Below, one piece after another: positions 30,001 to 38,631 of a DNA stretch of 64,000 bases. The notes beneath the pieces were generated by a model that saw nothing but the letters and a program-made list of their open reading frames with translations, ran no database searches and had not been told where the DNA came from. This stretch comes from Beijerinckiaceae bacterium. GTDB lineage: Bacteria > Pseudomonadota > Alphaproteobacteria > Rhizobiales > Beijerinckiaceae. Each line of letters begins with the position of its first letter. Position 1 is the first letter of the stretch. The position numbers were made by a program, and so were the translations under genes. The stretch covers positions 12,161-76,160 of the forward strand of contig JALOTF010000003.1 in assembly GCA_025458025.1 (NCBI GenBank). The letters run 5' to 3'.

Positions 30001-30964
30001 CCGCCAATGCAGACTCGCGCGTCAAGCCGCCGACCTGCCAGGTCTGGCCGGTCGTCACCTTGCCCTGTTTCTCCACACGCGGGGTTAGCGTGCAGTTCCC
30101 AACGCGCAGATCATCCCCGAACCACGCGCTGATCAGCGTCGCGCGCTCGAGATGCGGGCAGAGCGCCTGCAGATCGTCGATAGATTGCTCCCAGTCCGTG
30201 CCGCGCGTCCATTGCGAGCGGTTGAGCGCGCGCGACGTGCCGTAGCGGAAATCCTCGCGCACCTCATCGGTGGCGTAGCCGAACTCGGTCGAGCCGGGGA
30301 TGATGTTCACCGCCTTCAGCCGATCCGGCAAGCCGGGCATGGGACGCACGATCTCGAACGAAAACTGCGGCAGGCGATTGCCGTAATCCGCGAGTGGAAA
30401 GCGCTCGAACACGATGTAGGCGAGGCCCCGGAAAGCTGGCACCTGCGCCGTGCCCTGCTTTGCGACAATCAGCGGATCGGCCGGCTGATCCGCCTCCCCG
30501 CGATAGACGCGATAAGTCACGGCCGAGAGATCGACCGGCTTGCCATCGGCCCAGATGCGGCGCACGAAAGCCACAGGCCCCGCGCAGAGGCCGAGCGCGA
30601 CATTCGCGGAATAGACATAGCGGATGCTCTTCTGCCGCGCGGTCATGGAGGTCTTTCCGCCCACGCCGCCGGAACGCTCGACGATCTGCTGCTCCTCGAA
30701 TTCGGTCGCCCAGATCACCTGCCCGCCAAGCCGCACCCGGCCATAGATGCGGGGGATCGGCGCCCCCTCGCTCGCGGAAATCCCGTCGAGATCAGTGAGG
30801 CGCGGCCCCTGCTGCACGCGTCGCGCGCCTTGCCCCATCCAGGCCCGGTCGATCAACCCTCCGGCGAGGGCACCTGCCGCTTTCCCGAAGGCCGCGCCAA
30901 AGGTTCCGCCAAGGCTCTGGCCAAGCGTCGAACCGAGCAATTCGAATGCAATGGTCGCCATCAA
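27041..30964 (-). CDS. GTA megatron / host-specificity baseplate protein (g15-like)
   Basis: 1307 aa; GAPIPRIYGRVRLGGQVIWAT, AFRGLAYIVFE, TIM-barrel YAADWTEFG and IDFYPPVTDWR, GHWLNGR. Confidence 0.93.
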   Translation of the reverse strand: MMATIAFELLGSTLGQSLGGTFGAAFGKAAGALAGGLIDRAWMGQGARRVQQGPRLTDLDGISASEGAPIPRIYGRVRLGGQVIWATEFEEQQIVERSGGVGGKTSMTARQKSIRYVYSANVALGLCAGPVAFVRRIWADGKPVDLSAVTYRVYRGEADQPADPLIVAKQGTAQVPAFRGLAYIVFERFPLADYGNRLPQFSFEIVRPMPGLPDRLKAVNIIPGSTEFGYATDEVREDFRYGTSRALNRSQWTRGTDWEQSIDDLQALCPHLERATLISAWFGDDLRVGNCTLTPRVEKQGKVTTGQTWQVGGLTRESALAVSATEGRPNYGGTPSDLSVIQAIRDLKSRGLKVALHPFILMDVPAGNGRPDPYSGTGSQPPFPWRGRITCHPAPGQSGSPAGTAAVNASIASFVGTAQASHFALSGDEVVYSGPVEWSFRRMVLHHAMLAKAAGGVDTFFIASELVGLTHLSAGGGSYPMVAALVGLLPELRTILGPATRITYAADWTEFGAHVQGGGQEVRFPLDPFWSHAEVGAVAIDFYPPVTDWREGTAHADAALADGPYDPAYLVDRIGAGEGFDWFYADSAARAAQVRSAITDGAYNKPWIYRPKDLVGWWSNAHRERVGGVEVASNTGWQPRSKPILLAEIGCGAVDKGANQPNIFPDPKSIENGLPHFSLGHRDDMIQRRLIEAMLDRFDTASVGHVTAHNPVSPVYGGPMVTPDFIAPWAYDARPFPAFPAMKSQWADGANFARGHWLNGRLEIAPLPELITAVLADHEVGAGTVEPLAEAIEGYVIDRSMSARAALEPLIDGFGLIASGEGEALAVKPRAAEPLAVLARDTLVVTSGRNAVELEIARSEERDLPRSFRLGFVDPDRDFRKTVVEARRDGSVAQREVSDDGAMILPKARARKLAEQRLAEIWAAREVFRFALPPSARALEVGDLVTLETEAGERLVRLTRITDQRERLCEAVSHDPETMGFAPIDDDSIEEPGVPALPGAAYARLIELPLQRSETTGPLQIAMRAEPWRGPYALARTDADGAVLGEALIAARFGTLLTTLPPGPLWRWDRHATCEIVLASGALASVNEMAVLAGSNALALIGPDDVLEIVLFRQAQLVGDRRYRLSQLLRGVGLSESAAARTLSPGADLILLDEAIVDLGLSAEQVGQTIDIAVIPTGRDVADASTARVSGTITGNAYRPLAPVHAKAKREAGGIRLSFIRRTRFGGDNWDLYEVPLGEEREEYRIEIRAGATIKRTVSVNSPAFFYPSAQEIADFGSPQTNLSVSIAQVSARVGAGDALAVTLPIV

Positions 30965-31431
30965 TCCCTCCGGGCGGGAAAATCAAACAGGCCGGCGAGC
31001 TTCCGTCGCCAGAGCGGCACGAGCGCCACTTCCGCCACGGAGGCCCCGTCATGGGCATGCACGAAGGTTTCTGGGCCCGTCGCGATGCCGCAATGCTTCG
31101 CCGGCAGATGCGCCCGCCAACGAAAGAGCAGCATCATTCCAAGGCGGATCTCCGTATCCATCGGCAGCGGTAGGAGATGTCGGAAGGCACCTCCCAGAAG
31201 CTGGTCCGGTGCACCGAGTTCCGCCCAGGCCGGTGAATAGGCCGGCACATCCTCCGGCTCCTCGCCTACAGCCTCCCGCCACACCCCACGCAGCAGGCCG
31301 AGGCAATCCGCCCCCACACCCTTCAGCGACGCCTGATGCTGGTAGGGCGTGCCGATCCAGCCACGCGCCACGCGCACGATCTCCTCCCGGCGCGCGACAT
31401 CGTCGCGCCCGTCCCTGCTCATTCGCGGCAT
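30961..31431 (-). CDS. GTA NlpC/P60 cell-wall peptidase (g14-like)
   Basis: ARGWIGTPYQHQAS, GADCLGLLRGVWR, AKHCGI and FVHAH. Confidence 0.93.
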   Translation of the reverse strand: MPRMSRDGRDDVARREEIVRVARGWIGTPYQHQASLKGVGADCLGLLRGVWREAVGEEPEDVPAYSPAWAELGAPDQLLGGAFRHLLPLPMDTEIRLGMMLLFRWRAHLPAKHCGIATGPETFVHAHDGASVAEVALVPLWRRKLAGLFDFPARRD

Positions 31432-31440
31432 GGTGAAACC

Positions 31441-32325
31441 TCAGAGTTGAACGAGCGGGCGGCCCTGATGCCGCCCCTCGCCGGGCTGGGCATAGACAAA
31501 GGCGAATTCCGGCGCGGGGATCAGTGGAAACCCCATGAAATTCAGCGAATTGGCGAAGCGGTCGCGGCAGGTGGCGAAACGTTTGTCACAGCCCGCGATC
31601 GCCACCACGGAATCCCCCGGAAGAAGGTTTGCGGGCAGCCCCTCCCAGAGGGTGATCGCCTCGCCATCATGCATGCGAATGGGGCGCGAGAGCCCGGCAT
31701 TGGCGCCGGTCACCACCAACAGCCGGCCGCGTGCAAACAAGCCAGCGATGGGCGTTGCGAATTCCGGCGCGCTGATGTGATGCCGGCCATCAGTCGTGGA
31801 GACGCTGGCCGCAACACGCCAGACGGGATTGTCGAGATCCACACCACAGGCCGCATCCCCCAGTTCGGCCGAACAGCCGGAGGAGTAGAGCCGTCCCTTT
31901 TCGAGATCGAGCGCGTGCAGCGCATTGCGCGTTTCGGCGATGAAAGCGCCATCTTTCCGGCGAATCTCGCCGATGGTCACGACATCGATCAGGCAATCGA
32001 GCGTCGGCGCGGTCCAATCCACCAGCCAGCGGCGCAATTCGGCACCATCATAGCGTCCGGCTTCGATATCCTGGGCCGTCACGCGTGCGCTGGAAAGGGC
32101 CCCAGTGATTTCGCCATTAGTGGCCGCGAGGCCGGTCTCGCTCTCCACCGCCGAGGCCTCGATGCCACTCGCGGCCTCGAAAACCTGCGCGCCGATGGTG
32201 AGCGTGCGGTCATGGTCGGTGAAGCCGAGCGTCACGCCATCCTTGCGGGTCAGCAGCCAGCACTGGCAATGCGTCGTCACCCCGGAAGCGAGCCCTAGGG
32301 CGATGGTCGGCGGAAGAGATTTCAT
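31441..32325 (-). CDS. GTA baseplate hub protein DUF2163 (g13-like)
   Basis: CWLLTRKDGVTLGFTDHDR, CSAELGDAACGVDL and GCDKRFATCRDRFANSLNFMGFP. Confidence 0.93.
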   Translation of the reverse strand: MKSLPPTIALGLASGVTTHCQCWLLTRKDGVTLGFTDHDRTLTIGAQVFEAASGIEASAVESETGLAATNGEITGALSSARVTAQDIEAGRYDGAELRRWLVDWTAPTLDCLIDVVTIGEIRRKDGAFIAETRNALHALDLEKGRLYSSGCSAELGDAACGVDLDNPVWRVAASVSTTDGRHHISAPEFATPIAGLFARGRLLVVTGANAGLSRPIRMHDGEAITLWEGLPANLLPGDSVVAIAGCDKRFATCRDRFANSLNFMGFPLIPAPEFAFVYAQPGEGRHQGRPLVQL

Positions 32326-32328
32326 GGC

Positions 32329-32970
32329 TCAGACCCGGATTTCGATGAGCGGAATGTTGGGAATGGCCCCAGCCTCGAAGGCCGAGAGATCAACCTCGAG
32401 GAAGTCCGTGTCGAAGCGCACGGGCACGTCGAACACGAAACCGGCGGTCACATTGGCACCGGCCGGCGGGATATGCCCGGCCCGGAAGGTGACGAGGCCC
32501 GTCGCCGCATCGCAATCGAAATGCGTGCCGGCAACGCGCTCGGTGCCGTTCACCGCCACACGCACGCTGCCGGTGACCGGCTTCGTAATGGGTCGTTCAT
32601 AGGGCGCGTGGGCCGCGCCATATCGTTTGATGAGCGGGAAACTCGCCCGCGTGCCATCACCCGTTCCGAGCGGCTGATCATTCGGCAAAGGCGGCGCGTT
32701 TTTCGGGGCGGAGGTCCAGTCCAGCCGGTCGCGAAAGCGGAACCCGTAGAGCCGTCCGCGCCGCTCCTCGAAGAACGCAACGATGGCCGAGAGCCCCTCG
32801 ATGGAGCGCACACCGTAACCCGCATCGTATTTCCGCCGCGACAGCGCCCAGCGCGCATTGCGCTCCTCGCGCCCGCTGGAGAGCGTCACGATCTCCGTGC
32901 GCCGCTCCGGCCCGCCGCGTGCGCCGAGCGCCACCTCGAGCGGGAAGCGCACCTCATGAAATCCGGCCAT
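32329..32970 (-). CDS. GTA distal tail protein DUF2460 (g12-like)
   Basis: MAGFHEVRFP, GGPERRTEIV, FFEERRGRLYGFRFRD and FDVPVRFDTD. Confidence 0.94.
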   Translation of the reverse strand: MAGFHEVRFPLEVALGARGGPERRTEIVTLSSGREERNARWALSRRKYDAGYGVRSIEGLSAIVAFFEERRGRLYGFRFRDRLDWTSAPKNAPPLPNDQPLGTGDGTRASFPLIKRYGAAHAPYERPITKPVTGSVRVAVNGTERVAGTHFDCDAATGLVTFRAGHIPPAGANVTAGFVFDVPVRFDTDFLEVDLSAFEAGAIPNIPLIEIRV

Positions 32971-32980
32971 CAGCCCCTCC

Positions 32981-33562
32981 TCACAATGAACGCTGGCCGC
33001 GCGCCACAGCGCGGGCGAGGCTCGCGCTGACCTGCGCCTCGGATCGGCGGAAGCTCTCGGCATCGGGCGTGGTGATGTTCATCACAATGCGCACCGGGCC
33101 GCCTGCACCGGCCCCGGTTGCCACGCCCAGCCGTCCATCCGGGCCGCGCGAGAGCGGCAAGATCGCTTCCGCCCCTCGCTCGCCGGCTATGCCGAGGCCA
33201 CGCCCCATGGGGAAATAATGCGGGGTCGAGACCACCCCGCCCTCCGCGAAGAAGCTCGTGGGGCCGCCGCCACCACCCAGGCCTCCCAAGCCGCCGAACC
33301 CGCTGAACAGGCCCGAGAACATCGAGCCAAGGCTGTTCTCCAGCGGCTTGAACGCTGCCTTGAGCGCGATCTCGAGGAAGCGCTGCCCGATGTTCCTCAG
33401 GATGTCGTCGAAGCCCTTGCCCTGCACGATACCGCTGGCGAGAGCGCGGGAAAGCGAGCGGCCGAATTGCGCGGTCACGGCATCCAGCACGCGCATCTGG
33501 CGCGTCAGACCCGTGACGGCCCCCGATACATCGAGGCCAATATCGGTTTCCTCATCCAGCAT
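32981..33562 (-). CDS. GTA tail tape measure protein (g11-like, short)
   Basis: FAEGGVVSTPHYFPM, GIAGERGAEAILPL and TPDAESFRRSEAQ; 193 aa. Confidence 0.9.
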   Translation of the reverse strand: MLDEETDIGLDVSGAVTGLTRQMRVLDAVTAQFGRSLSRALASGIVQGKGFDDILRNIGQRFLEIALKAAFKPLENSLGSMFSGLFSGFGGLGGLGGGGGPTSFFAEGGVVSTPHYFPMGRGLGIAGERGAEAILPLSRGPDGRLGVATGAGAGGPVRIVMNITTPDAESFRRSEAQVSASLARAVARGQRSL

Positions 33563-33740
33563 GGGCGTTGGTCCTCTCATCGGGGAAAAGGCGCATCAGC
33601 GCGTGAAATGTCTCGCCATCCGGTGCATCCGGAAGGCCTGTCTCGCCCCGCAGGCCACGAAGAGCGGCAGCGAGTTCCGGCATCGTCATGGCCCAGAAGG
33701 CGTCAGGCGAAAGCCGCAGCAGGCCGAACCCCAGCGCCAT
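33552..33740 (-). CDS. GTA small tail assembly chaperone (g10.1-like)
   Basis: LRLSPDAFWAMTMPELAAA motif; the reading frame stays open upstream through AFPWGEA. Confidence 0.75.
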   Translation of the reverse strand: MALGFGLLRLSPDAFWAMTMPELAAALRGLRGETGLPDAPDGETFHALMRLFPDERTNAHAG

Positions 33741-33787
33741 GGCCTCCCCCCACGGGAAGGCGCGCGCCGGGGTTGGCTTCCGGCCTG

Positions 33788-34123
33788 CTACGGCACGCGA
33801 GGGCGGGATGGCGCCTCTCCCTCGAAGGAGAGCGCGAAAAGCTCAGACAAGGCCTCCACTGCGCGCGGTAGATCCGCCGCGCTGATGCGGCTGGCGATCT
33901 CCTCATCGGCCAGCCTCGCGCCGCCCCCGCGGATCGCCGCGCCCAGCAGGGCCACGAGATCGCGCGCTGCGATCCGCCCGCCGGCGAAACGCTCGCCGAG
34001 CCCCTGGAGATCGCCCGCGCCGAGCGCGGCCTCGATCTCCGCCAGGGCCTGCAAGGTCAGGCGCAAAGCGAAATGCTCCGTGCCCAGCGTCAGGCTCACC
34101 TCGCCCCTGTGACGGTTGGTCAT
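33788..34123 (-). CDS. GTA tail tube assembly chaperone (g10-like)
   Basis: MTNRHRGEVSL, LTLQALAEIEAALG and DLVALLGAAIRGGG. Confidence 0.9.
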   Translation of the reverse strand: MTNRHRGEVSLTLGTEHFALRLTLQALAEIEAALGAGDLQGLGERFAGGRIAARDLVALLGAAIRGGGARLADEEIASRISAADLPRAVEALSELFALSFEGEAPSRPRVP

Positions 34124-34131
34124 GGCCAGCC

Positions 34132-34542
34132 TCAGAGCGCGGTGAAGGTGAGCGCACCTGCGCTCTCCATCGCCATCTCGAAGGTCATCTCGGCGGCGTG
34201 TTCCCCGCGATAATCGAGGCTGGTGATCTGGAACGGCCCGGTGATCTCGCCGAAATCCGGCAGCACAATCTTCCAGTTGCGGATCGCGCCATCGAAAAAC
34301 ACCTGCCGCACCAATTCATCCGAGGCGCCATCCTTGAAGATGCCGGAGCCGGAAATCGAGGCCCGGCGCACGCCGGCGCCATCGAGCAATTCGCGCCAGC
34401 GCCCGGCGGATTCCGAATGGGTCACGTCCACCGTCTCGGCGTTGAGCGAGAAGCGTCGCGTGCGCAGGCCCGCCACGGTCACGAATGCACTTGTCGCATC
34501 CGCGAGCTTCAACAGAATGTCCTTGCCGCGTTGGGCTGCCAT
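34132..34542 (-). CDS. GTA major tail tube protein (TP901-1 family, g9-like)
   Basis: MAAQRGKDILLK, VAGLRTRRFSLNAETVDVT, SGSGIFKD and GPFQITSLDYRG. Confidence 0.94.
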   Translation of the reverse strand: MAAQRGKDILLKLADATSAFVTVAGLRTRRFSLNAETVDVTHSESAGRWRELLDGAGVRRASISGSGIFKDGASDELVRQVFFDGAIRNWKIVLPDFGEITGPFQITSLDYRGEHAAEMTFEMAMESAGALTFTAL

Positions 34543-34562
34543 GGGGCTCTCCTTCGGGAGGG

Positions 34563-34973
34563 TCAGAGGATGTGGAGAAAGGCGCGCAACCGCGCCGTGG
34601 CGCGGGTCAGCGCCTTCGCTTCGTCGTGCCGCACGAGCGTCTCGCGGATGAGGATCAGCGAGAGCTGGTGATCGGCCACCGAGAGTGGGGCCGAAGCCAT
34701 CGCCGCCTGCACCGCATGCAAAATCGCGAGCGCCCCGGCTGTACCGCGCTCGCGCGTGAAAGCCACGAGATCGAGATCGACGATCACGCCGTCTCCCTCG
34801 TTGGTGCCGTTCTCGCGCAACTGCGCATCGCCCAGCAGCAGGAAGGGCGGCTCGGCGCCCCGTGGCGGCGCATCATGCACGGCCGTACCGATCAGGGCTG
34901 TCAGCGCGCTGTTGGTGATGAGGCGTGTGCGCAAAGCCGCTTTCAGGGCATGAACCGGGTGGATCGTGGTCAT
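34563..34973 (-). CDS. GTA tail terminator DUF3168 (g8-like)
   Basis: LTALIGTAVHDAPP, PFLLLGD; position between head closure and tail tube genes. Confidence 0.85.
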   Translation of the reverse strand: MTTIHPVHALKAALRTRLITNSALTALIGTAVHDAPPRGAEPPFLLLGDAQLRENGTNEGDGVIVDLDLVAFTRERGTAGALAILHAVQAAMASAPLSVADHQLSLILIRETLVRHDEAKALTRATARLRAFLHIL

Positions 34974-35305
34974 GGCGTTACCTCGCGCACGAGGCAGATG
35001 ATCTGCTTGCGCCTGCCGTCAGGATCGAACACCGCCGTGATTTCCAGCACGCGACTGCCGAGGCGAAAGCGATGCCGCGCGTCGATACCCTCGCGGAAGG
35101 GCAGCGTCACGCGGCCGATGCGCGGGCCGATGGCCTGCCCGCCCTCTTCCGTTTCGCGGCCGCCATTCATCTCGACCGCACCCCACAGGGTGGCGACATT
35201 CTGCCAACCGAGAGTGGCGCCCCCGAGCGGCGTCGCGGTTTCCGCGAGCGTCTCCAGTGCGAGGTGGTTCCGGCGATGGCCGATGGAGGTCGGGGCCTTG
35301 CTCAT
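34970..35305 (-). CDS. GTA head closure / head-tail joining protein (g7-like)
   Basis: WQNVATLWGAVE, RFRLGSRVLEITAVFDPDGRR; coupled to both neighbours. Confidence 0.85.
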   Translation of the reverse strand: MSKAPTSIGHRRNHLALETLAETATPLGGATLGWQNVATLWGAVEMNGGRETEEGGQAIGPRIGRVTLPFREGIDARHRFRLGSRVLEITAVFDPDGRRKQIICLVREVTP

Positions 35306-35880
35306 GCCGAGAGCCCTCCGAGCCGCAAGCGGCGGAAAGGCTTCAGCAGCGCGCGCACCGGTGCCGGCAAGCCACGCTCGACAATCGTGGCATCGCCGCG
35401 ATTGTCATACCAGAACGCGATGAGCTGCCGCATCGCGAGGCGCAGGGGGTCGGGCACCTGATTGGCGAATTCCCCGAAGCCAAGGCGCAGATCGATCTCG
35501 ATGCCCGCGCGCAGCCGCCCCGGCGCGGGTCGCGTATTGGGGCGAATGGCATCGCGCTCCACCCCCTTGATGATCTCGAAATCGCCGGCCGGGATCGCCT
35601 GCGGCGAGCCATTGGCGGCGAAGACCCGCCCGCCCGTCACAGCGAGCACGCGACCGATGGGCACGGGGATCGTCTCGCAAGCCGGCCAGGAATCGCCCAC
35701 GATCCGCCAGTTCTGCGCGAGCAGCACGAGGCCGATCTCGCTTTCCACCATCAACCGGGCCGCGATGATCAGCGCCTGGATGAGGCTGTCCTCATCGCTG
35801 CCCTCCACGCGGAGCCAGCCCTTGGCCTCGGCGAGGCTCACGGGCTCGAGCTGCGGCCCGTCCACCAGTAGCGGGATCAT
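35302..35880 (-). CDS. GTA head-tail adaptor (gp6-like, g6-like)
   Basis: EPVSLAEAKGWLRV, AGIEIDLRLGFG and VPDPLRLAMRQLIAFWYDNRG. Confidence 0.9.
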   Translation of the reverse strand: MIPLLVDGPQLEPVSLAEAKGWLRVEGSDEDSLIQALIIAARLMVESEIGLVLLAQNWRIVGDSWPACETIPVPIGRVLAVTGGRVFAANGSPQAIPAGDFEIIKGVERDAIRPNTRPAPGRLRAGIEIDLRLGFGEFANQVPDPLRLAMRQLIAFWYDNRGDATIVERGLPAPVRALLKPFRRLRLGGLSA

Positions 35881-35907
35881 GGGTCAGTGCCTTTCTGTCG
35901 CAGAAGA

Positions 35908-35953
35908 GCACCGCGCCGGGCCATCGGCCTTGCGCGGCAGGGAGGCGCGGTGC
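35908..35953 (-). terminator. Long hairpin between capsid-region and tail genes (candidate internal terminator)
   Basis: Perfect 10-bp arms GCACCGCGCC / GGCGCGGTGC; followed by UCUUCU on the minus-strand transcript. Confidence 0.4.
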
Positions 35954-35966
35954 AAAGGTCCGCGCC

Positions 35967-36767
35967 GTGGAACTCATTCGAAAAACTGGCCGCGTCGCGC
36001 GGCGCGCTGCATTCTTGGTTGCCGCTGTCGCCATGCTGGCCTCGCCGGCCCATGCGTTGGGCGGCGATCAATCCCGGGCCGATCCCGACCTTGCGGCGCA
36101 TGTCGTCATGGTGCTCTCGCGCGAAGGCAACCGGCATGGCGCCTGCACCGGAACGGTCATAGCGCGCGACGTGATCCTCACGGCGGCGCATTGCGTGGCG
36201 GGCAAGAAGCAGGTCGTCGTGGCCTATGCCGAGAGCGGGAGCCATGTGCTCCAGCGCGTCACCAGCCGCGCCATCCATCCTGGCTTTTCCGGCCGGGCGC
36301 GCGTCTCGCTCGATCTCGCTTTGATCCGGCTCGAATCCCCGCTGCCCGCGCGTTTCACGCCCTTGCCCTTTGACCGGGGCGAGGTGGAGCACCGCGTCGG
36401 CGCAACGCATCTCATTGCGGGTTATGGCATGCAGCGCGAGAGTGACGAATCCAGCGCCGGCACCTTGCGCAGCGCCAGCGTCGGCGTGCTGCCGCGGCTT
36501 TTCCCGCGCTTCCTGCGTCTGGGAACCTCGCCCAGCGCGGATCTCTCCGATTTTGCGATCTGCACCGGCGATTCCGGCGGGCCGGTCCTCACCTCCGGCT
36601 TTGGCGGCAAGGTGATTGTTGGCGTGGTCTATGGCCGCGAGAGCTTCGGCGATGCCCGCTCCTGCGGCACGATTGGCCAGGCGGTGCGCCTTGCCCCGCA
36701 GGCCGGGTGGATCGAGCAGAATCTCGCGCGCTGGTCGGGCGAGGCTCGCCCCCGCCCGACCCGCTGA
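35967..36767 (+). CDS. Secreted trypsin-like (S1) serine protease, antisense to the GTA operon
   Basis: Signal peptide (AFLVAAVAMLASPAHA); catalytic triad motifs LTAAHCV, DLALIRL and CTGDSGGP. Confidence 0.92.
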   Translation: MELIRKTGRVARRAAFLVAAVAMLASPAHALGGDQSRADPDLAAHVVMVLSREGNRHGACTGTVIARDVILTAAHCVAGKKQVVVAYAESGSHVLQRVTSRAIHPGFSGRARVSLDLALIRLESPLPARFTPLPFDRGEVEHRVGATHLIAGYGMQRESDESSAGTLRSASVGVLPRLFPRFLRLGTSPSADLSDFAICTGDSGGPVLTSGFGGKVIVGVVYGRESFGDARSCGTIGQAVRLAPQAGWIEQNLARWSGEARPRPTR

Positions 36768-36773
36768 GCCTGC

Positions 36774-38009
36774 TTACACCGAGAAGCGCAGCAGCTTGAT
36801 GGCGTCGAAATCCTGCACGCCACCGCCCACGCGCTTCGTCGTGTAGAAGATCACGTAGGGCTTGGTGGAGAACGGATCACGCATTGTGCGGATGCCGATG
36901 CGATCCACCACCACATAGCCGCGCTGGAAATCACCGAACGCAATCGAGAGGCTGTTCGCCGCGATATCCGGCATGTCCTCGGCTTCCACAACGGGGAAAT
37001 TGAGGAGCGTGGAACGCGCCCCCGCCACACTCGGCGGCTGCCAGATATAGTTGCCGGTGGTGTCCTTGATCTTGCGGATCACGCCTTGCGTCTTCCGGTT
37101 CATGACGAAGGTCCCGTTCTGGCGATAGACCGCCTTCAGGGAATGGGCGAGATCCACGAGGTTGTCCGAGGGGTTGGTGGTCGCGAAGGCACCAGCCGCC
37201 CCAGTGGCGACGAAGCCTAGATTGTTCCAACTCCAGCTCGCCTGCGCCACGGTGGGGTAGGTCAGGAATCCCTTCGGCTTGTTCGTGCCGTTGCCATTCA
37301 CGAAGGCCGTGGTCTCGGCCGCCGCGAAAGCCCGGACGATCTCGTTCGAGATCCATTCCTCGATATCCACCGCCGCATCATCGAGCATGGCCTGCGTCGC
37401 CGCCGGCTGCGTGAAGAGTTCGCCCGTGGGGAAGTCGAGCGCCACGAAGGCGCTGGCCTGCACCGCGTTGCCCGGCGCAGCATCGGCCGTCCAGCCCGAT
37501 TGCGCGCCGGTCGGCGTCACCGCCTTGCGAAGGCCGGAGCCCGAAACCGCCTGGATGCTCGCGATCGAACGGATCGGCGACAGCCCCGCGATGCGCGCAA
37601 GCACGCTCTCCTCGGCCAGCGGCGGCAGCAGGTAACCGCCATCCGGCGCGGTGAGGCTCGTCGAGGATTTCACCTCCAGCCGATGCAAAGCCTGCGTCTC
37701 GCCGGAGCGCATATAGCCTTCGAAGGCGCCCTTGTGTTCAAGCGCCGCAAGCGAGACATCATCCTCACCGAGGCCCAGAGCCGGGCGACGGCCCTTGGTT
37801 TCCAGCGTGCGGATGCGATCAAGGCAGAGGTCGATCGCGCGGTCCATGCGGGCGAGCTTCTCGACCTGGAGCGGATCGGAAGCCGCCTTGCGGTCGTCAT
37901 TCTCGCCGCGATACTCGCCAACGAGGCGGTTGAGCGTGCCAAGATCATCGGCAGGCTGGATCGCCTTGATTTCCGGAGCGGCAGCTTCCGGGTGACGCAG
38001 ATGGGTCAT
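36774..38009 (-). CDS. GTA major capsid protein (HK97 fold, g5-like)
   Basis: DGGYLLP, QAMLDDAAVDIEEWI, FVNGNGTNKPKGFL and YTTKRVGGGVQDFDAIK; RBS GAGGAC before ATG at 38009. Confidence 0.95.
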   Translation of the reverse strand: MTHLRHPEAAAPEIKAIQPADDLGTLNRLVGEYRGENDDRKAASDPLQVEKLARMDRAIDLCLDRIRTLETKGRRPALGLGEDDVSLAALEHKGAFEGYMRSGETQALHRLEVKSSTSLTAPDGGYLLPPLAEESVLARIAGLSPIRSIASIQAVSGSGLRKAVTPTGAQSGWTADAAPGNAVQASAFVALDFPTGELFTQPAATQAMLDDAAVDIEEWISNEIVRAFAAAETTAFVNGNGTNKPKGFLTYPTVAQASWSWNNLGFVATGAAGAFATTNPSDNLVDLAHSLKAVYRQNGTFVMNRKTQGVIRKIKDTTGNYIWQPPSVAGARSTLLNFPVVEAEDMPDIAANSLSIAFGDFQRGYVVVDRIGIRTMRDPFSTKPYVIFYTTKRVGGGVQDFDAIKLLRFSV

Positions 38010-38024
38010 GGTGGTCCTCATGGT

Positions 38025-38615
38025 TCAGAACTGCGCCATCCGGCGCCGGGAAGAGACGGAGGCATGCAAGCCGCCGCCGATTGAGCCCCTGCCTTCGCCG
38101 CGTGGCGCAATGCGCGCCTGCGGCAGCAGGGGAAAGCTGACGATGGAAATCTCCCAGAGATCGAGCTTCTGGAGCCGACGCAGACCCGTCGCGGGGTCGC
38201 GCGTCTCGCTCGCGGCCTTGAAGCCGATGGACAGCCCGTCGATGCTGCCGCGAGAGACCAATCGATGCAGGTCGCGCGCCTTGGGCAGATCAAGATCGAG
38301 TTTCCCAGCCACGCGCAGGCCGCGCTGGTCTTCCGCGATGTCGAGCCACTCACCCACGGGCGAGCCGGGATCGTGCTGCCAGAGCAGCTTCACGCCGAGC
38401 GCCGTGCGCTTGGCGAGGCTCGCGCGGAAGGCGCCGGGCATCACCACATCGCGCCCAAGATCCGCCACGCCGAACAAGGAGGCATAGCCCTCGAAATAGC
38501 CATCCGCATCAATTTGCGGAGGGGCACCCGCGCTCCCGCTCTTCTGAACAGGCGCGCGGGTGCTTCTTCCGGCCGGCAGGGAGGCGGACCGGCCGAAAGC
38601 GACTGAGTTCGGCAT
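38025..38615 (-). CDS. GTA prohead protease (HK97 family, g4-like)
   Basis: FEGYASLFG, LLWQHD, GLSIGF and LWEISIVSFP; RBS AAGGA. Confidence 0.93.
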   Translation of the reverse strand: MPNSVAFGRSASLPAGRSTRAPVQKSGSAGAPPQIDADGYFEGYASLFGVADLGRDVVMPGAFRASLAKRTALGVKLLWQHDPGSPVGEWLDIAEDQRGLRVAGKLDLDLPKARDLHRLVSRGSIDGLSIGFKAASETRDPATGLRRLQKLDLWEISIVSFPLLPQARIAPRGEGRGSIGGGLHASVSSRRRMAQF

Positions 38616-38631
38616 GGGCAATTCCTTGGTG

